Position numbers and translations under genes: made by a program
Part shown: positions 41,501 through 49,724 of the stretch, in pieces
Numbering within the stretch: the first letter of the stretch is position 1
How the letters are laid out: each line of letters begins with the position of its first letter
Assembly (NCBI GenBank): GCA_949288855.1
Contig: CASELS010000001.1
Location: 68,479 to 132,478, forward strand
DNA from: an uncultured Collinsella sp.
GTDB taxonomy: Bacteria > Actinomycetota > Coriobacteriia > Coriobacteriales > Coriobacteriaceae
Direction of reading: 5' to 3'
Length of the DNA: 64,000 nucleotides
The notes under the pieces: model-generated
Database searches by the model: none
The model's input: only the letters and a program-made list of their open reading frames with translations
What the model was told of the DNA's origin: nothing

Positions 41501-42072
41501 ACCTCTCAAGCGTGGGCTTTGACCTCTTCACGCAGATGCTGGGGCAGGCGGTGGCCGAGGCGCGCGGCGAGGGCGGCGACGTTGAGGAGGCAAGTGTCAC
41601 CATCAACCTGCCGGCGGATTTCTTCTTGGCGGAGGAGTACGTGCCCGCGGTCGACAAGCGCGTGCTCGTCTACCGTAAGGTCGCCGCGGCAGATACGCTG
41701 GCTGCGGTGGACGAGGCCGAAGCCGCGTGCGCAGAGGAGTTTGGCGAGTTGCCGCTTGCCGCCAAGAATCTCTTCGACCGCGCGCGTCTGCGCATCCGCG
41801 CCGACCGGCTGGGGCTCGAGAGCATCTCGCTCGCGGCGGGACGCCTCACGTTCCAGGGCGTCGACGTACCCAAGACGGTCGCCTTCGACCTCAAGAGTCG
41901 CCTGTCTGCGGTGAACTTCCCCAAGAGCCGCAAGCTTTCGGTGCCCTACAAGGCGGGCGCCGGGTCGGGTACCGGCGTGGGGCGCGGGCTCGACGCCAAC
42001 GACCCCGCCGGTCCTGTGGCCGCGGCACTCAAGGTGCTCGAGCAGCTCGCCCCTTCCGGCGACGACGACTAG
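38506..42072 (+). CDS. mfd: Transcription-repair coupling factor
   Basis: UvrB-like N-terminus, RID (GDYVVHATHGI), CGDVGFGKT, DEEQRFG, QLKGRVGR and TRCF domain. Confidence 0.97.
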   Translation: MLIHRIAAQLFCAEGPAAIEAALDAGKDATLAVSQSGRTLMLAAQFARRPRATVYIVSGEEAADRAARALAAYLGLEHVVRYPERRDLPWNAKADLDDAAVAQRCQAIGRVARGEAVIMVASARALLRCVPDPSSRYWQEAHFAVGDEVPFEDVPRRLVGMGYTAAEAADAPGLFRVHGDTVDVFPAQGTSPVRLEFFGDEIDRIRRMVTSTGQTIGDEHAVDIYPCRELALTDDALHRLRAALYQPAQQDTELAALLELAEARVATPELDRFLPLLYERTVTPLEHLAKDALVVLSEPRSLFDDCSRAYEDWERRAGEARVSRLDGLYVRPQELDFGRQQRLNYVSLIRAGGAVTAELKIEQPAIAGSDTRFISRIRECVSNRFAVVFAAPDRGARESLELSLGDESIPFEESLQTAPENEGAVAASIQIRVTDPLNLKRIDPAERATTVPTLTRGRVTFVDLPLPSGVVIPEAHLAIFSIADLNARLDARRGRARRRRIDITEVTFPFKPGDYVVHATHGIALFSSIVRQEVAGRERDYFLLEYAGGDKLYVPLEQVDRITRYVGPDGDSPRLTRLNTADWSRATNKARKSAKKLAFDLVDLYTRRSSITGFACPPDTPEQLEMEASFPYEPTHDQIEAIHDIKADMESAKPMDRLLCGDVGFGKTEVALRAAFKCVDSGRQVMVLCPTTILAQQHYQTFFERFAPFGVEVEVLSRFRTPAQQKRALAAFAEGKVDVLVGTHRLLSSDVNPARLGLVIIDEEQRFGVQHKEQLKNLREQIDVLTLSATPIPRTMQMAISGVRDMSLITTPPTGRRPVIVHVGEYDPDVVSAAIRLELERKGQVYYVSNRVKTIDDAVDRVHEVAPEARVGVAHGKMSPREVEDVMIDFATGKIDVLVATTIIESGIDNPHTNTLIIEDSQRLGLAQLYQLKGRVGRSATQAYAYFMFPGEIPLTPEATERLTALAEFQDLGSGMRIAMRDLEIRGAGSLVGAEQHGNLSSVGFDLFTQMLGQAVAEARGEGGDVEEASVTINLPADFFLAEEYVPAVDKRVLVYRKVAAADTLAAVDEAEAACAEEFGELPLAAKNLFDRARLRIRADRLGLESISLAAGRLTFQGVDVPKTVAFDLKSRLSAVNFPKSRKLSVPYKAGAGSGTGVGRGLDANDPAGPVAAALKVLEQLAPSGDDD

Positions 42073-42081
42073 CTCAGCGCG

Positions 42082-42106
42082 TTTGGGGACGGGTTCAAAC
42101 CGTGCA
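42082..42106 (-). repeat. Third copy of the GGGGACGGGTTCAAACCGTGCA repeat
   Basis: Reverse complement of the 26987/27032 unit, 10 nt after the mfd stop. Confidence 0.8.
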
Positions 42107-42182
42107 ACAGCTCGCTCAGGGGCGGCTTCACCTCGTCACCATAGGTTCTGTACGGCATTCTGATTGATAGGGGCAAAACAGC

Positions 42183-42782
42183 ATGAGCGATGTGACCATT
42201 CGCGTGGCGCGGCCTGAAACCGATGCGCCCCGCTGCCACGAGATTTACGCGCCCTACGTGCGCGACACGGCGATCACGTTTGAGTACGAGCCGCCGACGC
42301 TCGCGGAGTTCACCGCGCGCATGGCGCGCACGCTCGAGCGCTATCCCTATCTGGTGGCCGAGCGATCCGGTGCGGACGGCCAGCCTCACATTGTGGGTTA
42401 CGTCTACGCAAGCCCCTTTAAGGCACGCCCCGCCTACGACTGGGCGGTGGAGACCTCCATCTACGTCGACCGGGTGGAGCGCCGAAGCGGTGTGGGCCGG
42501 GCGCTCCACAACGCCCTCGAGCGCTGTCTTGTTACCCAGGGTATCCTCAACATGGAGGCCTGCATCGCCACGACCGATGTGGAGGACGAGCACCTCACCA
42601 ACGATAGCTGGCGCTTCCACGAGCACATGGGCTACCGCCTCGTGGGCGAGTTTAGGCAGTGCGGTTACAAGTACGGCCGTTGGTGGAACATGATCTGGAT
42701 GGAGCGGCACATTGCCCCGCACCGCCCAGACCAGCCGGCCGTGCGACCGTTTCCCGAGGTGCGGGACCAGCTCTTCGCCTAG
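42183..42782 (+). CDS. GNAT N-acetyltransferase (phosphinothricin/MddA-like)
   Basis: TAITFEYEPP, ETSIYV, RRSGVGRAL, FHEHMGY and GYKYGRW. Confidence 0.9.
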   Translation: MSDVTIRVARPETDAPRCHEIYAPYVRDTAITFEYEPPTLAEFTARMARTLERYPYLVAERSGADGQPHIVGYVYASPFKARPAYDWAVETSIYVDRVERRSGVGRALHNALERCLVTQGILNMEACIATTDVEDEHLTNDSWRFHEHMGYRLVGEFRQCGYKYGRWWNMIWMERHIAPHRPDQPAVRPFPEVRDQLFA

Positions 42783-42972
42783 CAACCCCCCAACGCCGGG
42801 CGCTTTGCTGCGTACAGGGGATGGGTGCGGCCCATCGCATCGCTCGTGACGGAAAACCGCGCGGTTGTGACATCGCCCGCCGCGATAGCGCCTTTCCGCA
42901 GCTTCCCGATGGTAGTATGGAGCCCTATTCCCCGCATTGGACAGTAGCAGATCACGCGGGGGGGGGTGCTCT

Positions 42973-43737
42973 ATGTATACGGTGGCCATAGTGGAGGACG
43001 ATGCGGCGCACGCCGCCGAGCTCGCTCGCATGATTGCGGCCTCGCCCGCGGCGGAGCATCTTGAGCTCGCGGCAGCGTGGCGGGCGGTCGACAACATCCA
43101 GCGGACGCCTTCGGATGATGCGTCTCCGCGCCCCTTGGATACCGACTCCCATCGCGTGCTCTCGGCAGCGGCGTTACCCGACATTCTCTTTGTTGATGTG
43201 CGGCTGGCAGACGGCCTCAACGGCATCGACCTCGTCCACCGGCTCATTCCGTCCACCGCACCCGTGCAGGTCATCTACGTCTCCGCCTATCTTGAGTACG
43301 CGCCCGCTGCATATCACACGCGCCACACGTGGTTTCTCTCCAAGCCTGTGGTGCAAGACGAGCTCAACGCGGCGCTCGCCCGTGCCGTCGAAGCGCTGGA
43401 TACGGAGCGGGCGGAGCCCTTGCTGGTCCACCAGGGTACCTCGCTCATCCGTATCGCGCCGCGCGAGGTGCGCTATATCGAGAGCGACCGCCGCAAGGTG
43501 CGCATCCACGAGCGCACGCGCACGGTGGAGGCCTATGCGCGCATATCAGAGCTCGAGGCGCAGCTGCCCGACCAGTTTGTGCGCTGCCATAAGAGTTTTC
43601 TCGTCAACTTGGCGTATGTGGCGGAGTTTACCGGTCGCGAGCTCATTCTTACGGACGGCACGCATCTTCCGGTAAGTCAGCGCTGCCGTAAAACGTTTGC
43701 CGAGCGCCTCATGGCCTTCGTCCGCCGAACGCTGTAG
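42973..43737 (+). CDS. LytTR-family response regulator
   Basis: IVEDD, ILFVD (phosphoacceptor), LSKP and LytTR motif FVRCHKSFLVN...LPVSQR. Confidence 0.92.
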   Translation: MYTVAIVEDDAAHAAELARMIAASPAAEHLELAAAWRAVDNIQRTPSDDASPRPLDTDSHRVLSAAALPDILFVDVRLADGLNGIDLVHRLIPSTAPVQVIYVSAYLEYAPAAYHTRHTWFLSKPVVQDELNAALARAVEALDTERAEPLLVHQGTSLIRIAPREVRYIESDRRKVRIHERTRTVEAYARISELEAQLPDQFVRCHKSFLVNLAYVAEFTGRELILTDGTHLPVSQRCRKTFAERLMAFVRRTL

Positions 43738-43744
43738 GTGGACG

Positions 43745-44632
43745 ATGGGCGAGGGCGCGCTTCAGGTGCTTATCACGCTTGTCGGCGGCGTCAACACGTT
43801 CGTCATGTGCTGGAATATGGCTATGGCGCTACCTATGCGCGGCCGTACAGCCTATCTTGTTGCGAGCGGCGCGGCCATGGCGTTCGATATCGTCACGGGT
43901 GAGGTATATCCCGCAGTCGCGCGCATACACATCCTGCTCTGCATGTTCATCCTGCCGCCGTTTTTGATGCGCGGCCCCGTGGCGCGCCGTCTCGTAGCCA
44001 CGGCGCTCTGCATCGGGGTGGCGATTGCAGGCGAGGTTACGGGCTTTTTGTTTCTTGTACTTGCAGGAAAGCCCATCGATGCTGCGGCGGTGATGGCTGA
44101 GGACCCGGTGCTGCTCCTCGCACTCCGCCTGCTCGCGTTTGCTGTTCTTGTCGCCTGCGGGCGCCTCGTGTGCGCGTTCATGGCGCGTTGGACGCACGGC
44201 GACCGCATAAACGTTGTCCTGCCTCGTTTTGCGGTGACCGCCCTTTGCTGCGCGATGCTGGCGAGCATCATGTACTCCCTGTTCGTGGCAGAGGGCATCT
44301 CATCCACCCATCCTCTTGCACGCGCGGGCTTGGCGTGCATGATCGCATTACCGCCGATCTTGGTGGTTCTGTTGGTGCAGGTGGAGCGGGCGCGTCGCAC
44401 CGCAATCGCACGGGCGCAGACGCGCGTGGCGCAAGAGCAGCTGGACACCTGCCTCGCAGCGTATGACCGCGTCATGCACGCCACGGTGCGCACCGCGCAA
44501 CTTCGTCACGACGCACGCAACCACCTGCAAGCAATCGATGCCCTTATGGCGGAAGGCGACCTCGAGCGAGCAGCTGCCTATGCACGCGAGATGGCCGATC
44601 TGCTCGCCCATGAGGACGGTGAGTCCTCATGA
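43745..44632 (+). CDS. AgrC-like membrane sensor with H-box but no ATPase domain
   Basis: About 6 TM helices, a coiled coil and LRHDARNHL (His codon 44507-44509); the stop comes right after the DHp helices. Confidence 0.8.
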   Translation: MGEGALQVLITLVGGVNTFVMCWNMAMALPMRGRTAYLVASGAAMAFDIVTGEVYPAVARIHILLCMFILPPFLMRGPVARRLVATALCIGVAIAGEVTGFLFLVLAGKPIDAAAVMAEDPVLLLALRLLAFAVLVACGRLVCAFMARWTHGDRINVVLPRFAVTALCCAMLASIMYSLFVAEGISSTHPLARAGLACMIALPPILVVLLVQVERARRTAIARAQTRVAQEQLDTCLAAYDRVMHATVRTAQLRHDARNHLQAIDALMAEGDLERAAAYAREMADLLAHEDGESS

Positions 44633-45693
44633 GGGAGATCTCTCTCGCGCTCGTATGCGCGGCAACGCTTGCCGTGGGTATCTCATTCGCAGCGCTCGCC
44701 CGCAGATACCGCGCGCTTCCTATCGGCAGCCGCGTGCTCACGGCGCTCATCGCTGCGTGGCAGGTGGCGACGCTGATGATTATTGTTTTCGCGGGACTTG
44801 CGGACGCGTCAGCCAGCGTGGTGCTTCTCGAGCTCGCGGCGGTAGTTGCCGGTGCGGGCTCCACCGTGTCGAATGCGTGGCTCCTTGCCGGTATCTCCGA
44901 GGCGGGCGAGCTCGAGGCGAGCCGCGCCCGCGCGCGGGCACTGGAGGAGCAGGTTGCGCTGCAGCAGGCGCACCTTACGCAAACGGAGCAGACGCTCGCA
45001 GTGGCTCGGCAAGATCGCATGCGTTATGCAACGGAATTCACCCGTATCGCCGATGCGTTGGCGTCAGGCGACGCGGCGGCGGCGCGGGAGGGGTTGTCGC
45101 GCACCGAGGAGGCGCTTCCGCGTTTTGGCGGCCGCCTCTGCGCGCACCCCGTTGTCGATGCGCTTCTCAAGGCAAAGATGGCGCAGGCAAAGGAGCGGGG
45201 TGCGCAGCTCGTCGTGCATGCCGAGGTTCCGGCGGATATCGGTATCACCGATGCCGAGCTCTGTGCGGTCATCTCTAACCTGGTGGATAACGCTCTCACC
45301 GCGGCGGTTCAGGCAGACGCGGAAGAGGCGGCTGGCAGCGAGCAAACGGCATCGCAAGGCGGGGCGCGGTGTGAGGAGGACGCGCCTGTCGACATGGTGC
45401 CTACGGTTACGGTGCGCATGCGCGCGACTCAGGGCTACCTCGTCCTCGCGGTGGAAAACCCTTGCACCCTGGAGCAGGCGGCTGCCATCGACCGACTGAA
45501 GCCGCGTCGCATGCCACCTCGCCTGCGACACGTGCGCCGTGACGGGATGGACATCGGGGAAGCCTCGCTGCTCCCTGAACACGGCTGGGGCCTCACCATC
45601 GTGTGCGACCTTGCCGAGCGCCGTGAGGGCACCCTCACGCTCAAACAGCGGGGCGGTATGCTCCGTGTCGATGTGGTCCTCAAGCTAGATTAG
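44629..45693 (+). CDS. Membrane-anchored GHKL ATPase protein lacking the phosphoacceptor His
   Basis: About 3 TM helices, a coiled coil, ARQD at the H-box position, N-box SNLVDNA and G-box HGWGL; ATGA overlap with the previous gene. Confidence 0.8.
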   Translation: MREISLALVCAATLAVGISFAALARRYRALPIGSRVLTALIAAWQVATLMIIVFAGLADASASVVLLELAAVVAGAGSTVSNAWLLAGISEAGELEASRARARALEEQVALQQAHLTQTEQTLAVARQDRMRYATEFTRIADALASGDAAAAREGLSRTEEALPRFGGRLCAHPVVDALLKAKMAQAKERGAQLVVHAEVPADIGITDAELCAVISNLVDNALTAAVQADAEEAAGSEQTASQGGARCEEDAPVDMVPTVTVRMRATQGYLVLAVENPCTLEQAAAIDRLKPRRMPPRLRHVRRDGMDIGEASLLPEHGWGLTIVCDLAERREGTLTLKQRGGMLRVDVVLKLD

Positions 45694-45736
45694 CTTTGAG
45701 GCAGGGGGATACGGTGTGCGCTGCTTCTGCCCCTTG

Positions 45737-45766
45737 CGATGCGTCTGCTCGGATACACGACGCGTC
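45737..45766 (+). promoter_or_regulatory. Candidate LytTR binding site: CGA(T/C)GCGTC direct repeats with 12-bp spacer
   Basis: 45737-45745 and 45758-45766; 9-12-9 geometry as in AgrA sites. Confidence 0.4.
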
Positions 45767-45903
45767 GGTTGGGGCGTTCGCTGCCATGAGTTTTGACATA
45801 GAGCGCTGCGTTTGTGGCAAAGCGCTGGCACCCCGCGTCTCGCTGTAGAAAATGAAATCCATGCTTGATTGCTGCGGATGTTGTACCACCTGAGGGGGAT
45901 TCT

Positions 45904-47316
45904 ATGGCTTCATCGCGTTTTGCCAAACCGTTTATCGTCGCCGGTCTCACCGGCGCGCTCGCCCTTGCCGCTCCGGCGACCGTTTTCGCCCAGGACGTCG
46001 CCGCGCCCACCGGAGGTGTCGCCGCCGTTCCGTCGCCGAGGATATCCGGGGCAGTTAATTATCATCTGACAGGCATAATGACCAACGGGGAATACGCCCT
46101 GTACGCCGGTGGATCGTGGCCTCATCAAGACCCCATGTTTCAGTTGTTCCGTGAACAAGATGGCGTTGTGGATCGGCTCTCTGAGGGTGTTACGTTCTCA
46201 TCAAGCGATGAAAGCGTGCTTTGGATTTCGTCTGACGGCTGCGCGATGAGAACGGGCAATGCGCCGGGCACGGCGATAATCACCGCAACTTACCAAGGCG
46301 AAGCGGTGGCAAGCCTTACGTATCAGGTTGTGGAGTATACCGGTGAGGGTCCCGTCGATACGGATCCAGTGTCGAGACAATATGCATTTAGTTCCTATTC
46401 CAGCACGTCGGCCATCCCGGGGGAAACGGTCATTCATTTGGGAAGCCGCCTGACGCTGGATACTTTCCAGGTTTCACCGGCGGATGCCGGTGGCAATCCT
46501 GCTGGTGACCCAGTCTCTGACGAGCTGGTGAAGTACAGATCTAGCAATTTGGATGTGCTTCTGGTAAACGAAGACGGCGGCTATATCGAAGGCGTGAATC
46601 CCGGAGAGGCGAAGCTTATCGCCACCGTATATGATGGCGAGGGAAATAAGCTCGGTGAGGCGTCCATAGCGTACACGGTTCCCGGATATGTTAGCCTGCT
46701 CGACCTCTGCAGTGTGTACCACAATCCCCTTTCTGCGGAAGAGCAGGAAGTGGATATAAGCTATGGCCGGATGGGCGTCTCGGGAGTCTCATATGATTTG
46801 AGCAAGGGGCCTGGTTCTTGCGGGCTTTCGCTGTACGTTTCAGACCGCATCGATGACGGTGAATCGAACGTGACGTATTCCGGAATTACCGTCAGCTCGG
46901 ACAACGAGGGCGTTGTGCGCGTTGCGAAGGATGAGGAAAAGGACCTTGCGGTACTGGAGTTTGTTGGTTCCGGTACTGCTACTGTTTCGATTGTTGGCAA
47001 TTTTACGGTAGACGGCAAAGCGGAAACCATCACGCGTACCGTTGATGTCACCGTGACGGGCGCACTCTCGGGCGGTGGCGAGCAGGGCGGTGGCCAAGGC
47101 GGCCAGGCAACCGAGGAACAGCCGACGGACGAACAGAAGCCTGCCGACACTACAGACAAGAAAGACGACGATAAGACCGACAAGAACGCTGACAAGAAGG
47201 GCGAGGGCGACCTCCCCGAGACGGGTGACCCCGCTCTTCTGGCGGTCGGTCTGAGCGGTCTTGCCGGCGCAGGTGCAATTGGTGCAGCGGCCGCGCTGCG
47301 CCGCCGCAAGCGCTAG
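45904..47316 (+). CDS. LPXTG-anchored surface protein with Ig-like (Big_2-type) repeats
   Basis: Sec signal (VFA-Q); repeated SSxxxV...G.A.ITAT motifs; G/Q/K/D-rich linker; LPETG, TM helix and RRRKR. Confidence 0.88.
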   Translation: MASSRFAKPFIVAGLTGALALAAPATVFAQDVAAPTGGVAAVPSPRISGAVNYHLTGIMTNGEYALYAGGSWPHQDPMFQLFREQDGVVDRLSEGVTFSSSDESVLWISSDGCAMRTGNAPGTAIITATYQGEAVASLTYQVVEYTGEGPVDTDPVSRQYAFSSYSSTSAIPGETVIHLGSRLTLDTFQVSPADAGGNPAGDPVSDELVKYRSSNLDVLLVNEDGGYIEGVNPGEAKLIATVYDGEGNKLGEASIAYTVPGYVSLLDLCSVYHNPLSAEEQEVDISYGRMGVSGVSYDLSKGPGSCGLSLYVSDRIDDGESNVTYSGITVSSDNEGVVRVAKDEEKDLAVLEFVGSGTATVSIVGNFTVDGKAETITRTVDVTVTGALSGGGEQGGGQGGQATEEQPTDEQKPADTTDKKDDDKTDKNADKKGEGDLPETGDPALLAVGLSGLAGAGAIGAAAALRRRKR

Positions 47317-47344
47317 CGTATAATCCTCGCTACGGAACCAGTCC

Positions 47345-47382
47345 GCCCGGGTCGACGGTACCCTCCGTCGGCCCGGGCTTTT
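47345..47382 (+). terminator. Rho-independent terminator
   Basis: GCCCGGGTCGACGG / CCGTCGGCCCGGGC stem followed by TTTT. Confidence 0.8.
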
Positions 47383-47416
47383 CGTTCGTTGCGATGGGTG
47401 CGGGGAGGTGCGCGGC

Positions 47417-49435
47417 ATGGCGGCCACGGTGAGCATGGACGAGGCGCGGCAAGCGCTCGGCACGTACTTTGGTTACAGCGCGTTTCGCCCCGGGCAGGAG
47501 CGTCTCGTCGCGGCGATACTCGCCGGCCGCGATGCGCTCGGCGTCATGCCCACCGGTGCCGGCAAGTCCATCTGCTACCAGATTCCCGCGCTCACGCTGC
47601 CCGGCCTCACGCTCGTGGTGAGCCCCCTCGTCTCGCTTATGGGCGACCAGGTGCGCGCGCTCAAGGCGGCGGGCGCCCGGCCCTCGTATCTCAACTCGAC
47701 CCTCACCCCGGCTCAACAGAACACAGTGCTCAAGCGCGCCCGCGAGGGCTGGTACCAGATCATGTACGTGGCGCCCGAGCGCCTGGCAGACGAGCGCTTC
47801 TGCGCCTTCGCGCGCGAGGTGGCGGGGCCGGACGGTATCGGCATTCCCCTCGTTGCGGTGGACGAGGCGCACTGCGTCTCCCAGTGGGGACAGGATTTTC
47901 GCCCCTCGTACCTCGAGATCGCGCGCTTTATCGGCGAGCTGCCGGTGCGCCCCGTCGTGGCGGCGTTCACGGCGACGGCGACCGAGCGCGTGCGCGCTGA
48001 CATCATCCAGATGCTCGGCCTCCGCCGGCCCGAGACGGTGGTGACCGGTTTTGACCGCACCAACCTTTACTTTGGAGTGGAGGAGATGGGCGACAAAGCT
48101 AAGGCCGTCTGGATCCGTAATTATGCCCGTGCGCATGCCGACGAGAGCGGCATCATCTACTGCTCGACGCGCAAGGCGGTGGACGAGCTCGCTTTTAACT
48201 TGGGGCGCGAACTCGCACCGGCGGGCATTCGTGTGGGCCGCTACCATGCGGGTATGTCGGCGGGCGAACGCCTGGAGAACCAGGCCGCCTTTATCGACGA
48301 CCTTATGCCAGTGATTGTGGCGACCAACGCCTTTGGCATGGGAATCGACAAGCCAAACGTGCGCTACGTGATTCACCACAACGTGCCCGAGAGCATCGAG
48401 GCCTACTACCAGGAGGCGGGCCGCGCCGGGCGCGACGGCGATCCTGCGGAGTGCCACCTGCTTTGGAACGGTAATGATTTTCGCCTCAGACGCTACCTTA
48501 TCGACCGCACGGACGACGAGTCGGAACTCGACGACGAGGCGCGCGAGCGCGCCCGTCAGAATCGTTACCGCCTGCTCTCCGCCATGGAGGGCTACTGCGA
48601 GACCACGGGCTGTTTGCGTGCCTACATCTTGCGCTACTTTGGCGACGAAGGTGCGCTCGGGGTGTCCGAGGGCACCGCGCGCCCTGACGCATGCTCGCCT
48701 GATAGCGCACGGACAGGTTGCGGCAACTGCTCCAACTGCACGACGGCCTACGAGGTGGAGGACGTGACCGAGACCGCCCGCGAGGCGGTGCGTTTCGTGC
48801 AGGCGTGCGGCGGCCGCTTTGGCCGCGCCCTTGTGGCTGATGCCCTGCACGGCGCCAACACCGAGCGCATACGGCAGTACCGCTTGGACGACCTTCCGGG
48901 CTACGGTGCCCTGCACGAAGAGCCTGTGGCGCGCATCAAAGATGTGATTGGCCAGCTCATCGGCCGTGGGTACCTCACGCAGTCGCAGGGGCAGTTCCCT
49001 GTGGTAAGTCTCGGTCCCCGCGCGGTCGAGGTGCTGGGAGAAGATGGGGGAGCGGCGTTCTCCCTCACGGTAAAGCGCCGCGTCGCCGCCCGTCGCGCTC
49101 CCGCGCGGGCTCGCAAGGCGGTCGATATCTTGCGCTCCGAGGCAGCGGAAGACGCCCGTCCGCGCGTAGGCGACGATGCGGAGCTCTTCGAGCGTTTGCG
49201 CGAGGTCCGTCGCGAGCTCGCCATCGAGCGCGCGTGGGCGCCGTATATGATCGCAAGTGACAAAGCCCTGCGCGGCATGTGCCGACGCCGTCCCGCCACG
49301 CGTGCGGAGCCCCTGGAGGTGCCCGGCATCGGCGAGAAAAAAGTGGATGACTTCGGTGACGCCTTTCTAGCGGAAATCGCTCGGTTCGAGGACGCGTACA
49401 GTGCTGAAGGACCTGCGCGCGGCGCCCGCGTCTAA
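47417..49435 (+). CDS. recQ: RecQ-family DNA helicase
   Basis: MPTGAGKSICYQ, VDEAHCVSQWG, QEAGRAGRDG, Zn-binding CGNCSNC, RQC and HRDC domains. Start codon uncertain. Confidence 0.95.
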   Translation: MAATVSMDEARQALGTYFGYSAFRPGQERLVAAILAGRDALGVMPTGAGKSICYQIPALTLPGLTLVVSPLVSLMGDQVRALKAAGARPSYLNSTLTPAQQNTVLKRAREGWYQIMYVAPERLADERFCAFAREVAGPDGIGIPLVAVDEAHCVSQWGQDFRPSYLEIARFIGELPVRPVVAAFTATATERVRADIIQMLGLRRPETVVTGFDRTNLYFGVEEMGDKAKAVWIRNYARAHADESGIIYCSTRKAVDELAFNLGRELAPAGIRVGRYHAGMSAGERLENQAAFIDDLMPVIVATNAFGMGIDKPNVRYVIHHNVPESIEAYYQEAGRAGRDGDPAECHLLWNGNDFRLRRYLIDRTDDESELDDEARERARQNRYRLLSAMEGYCETTGCLRAYILRYFGDEGALGVSEGTARPDACSPDSARTGCGNCSNCTTAYEVEDVTETAREAVRFVQACGGRFGRALVADALHGANTERIRQYRLDDLPGYGALHEEPVARIKDVIGQLIGRGYLTQSQGQFPVVSLGPRAVEVLGEDGGAAFSLTVKRRVAARRAPARARKAVDILRSEAAEDARPRVGDDAELFERLREVRRELAIERAWAPYMIASDKALRGMCRRRPATRAEPLEVPGIGEKKVDDFGDAFLAEIARFEDAYSAEGPARGARV

Positions 49436-49468
49436 GCGATTTTGGGGCAAGGCGTCACTTCGAGCCGG

Positions 49469-49586
49469 AAATGGGCATCATATTTTGCAAGCACCGGATA
49501 GATGCTGAATGGCCTGCCTCGCATGCAGGGCAATTGACCCTTGGGATGGGCTTGTGGTCGGGCTGTTCTGGATTTGATGCCCATTT
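49469..49586. repeat. 118-bp intergenic element bounded by inverted repeats AAATGGGCATCA
   Basis: 49469-49480 and its reverse complement at 49575-49586; extends to 14/15 identity. Confidence 0.6.
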
Positions 49587-49724
49587 TCGTCGTGAACATG
49601 CTGCGCCATCGTTCGCTCGTCTCATTTCCGGCTCTACAGGAGGCTTGCAGACGCCGGGTGCCTAGGGGCGTGCGCGCAACGACTATAATGGCTACGTTAT
49701 CCAGGCCCGCTGTGAGGAGCTCAT

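Noticed and set aside
43745-45693. One histidine kinase broken by a frameshift
   Set aside because: The second ORF starts with its own TM helices and coiled coil and has a clean ATGA coupling, so it is not the continuation of the first.
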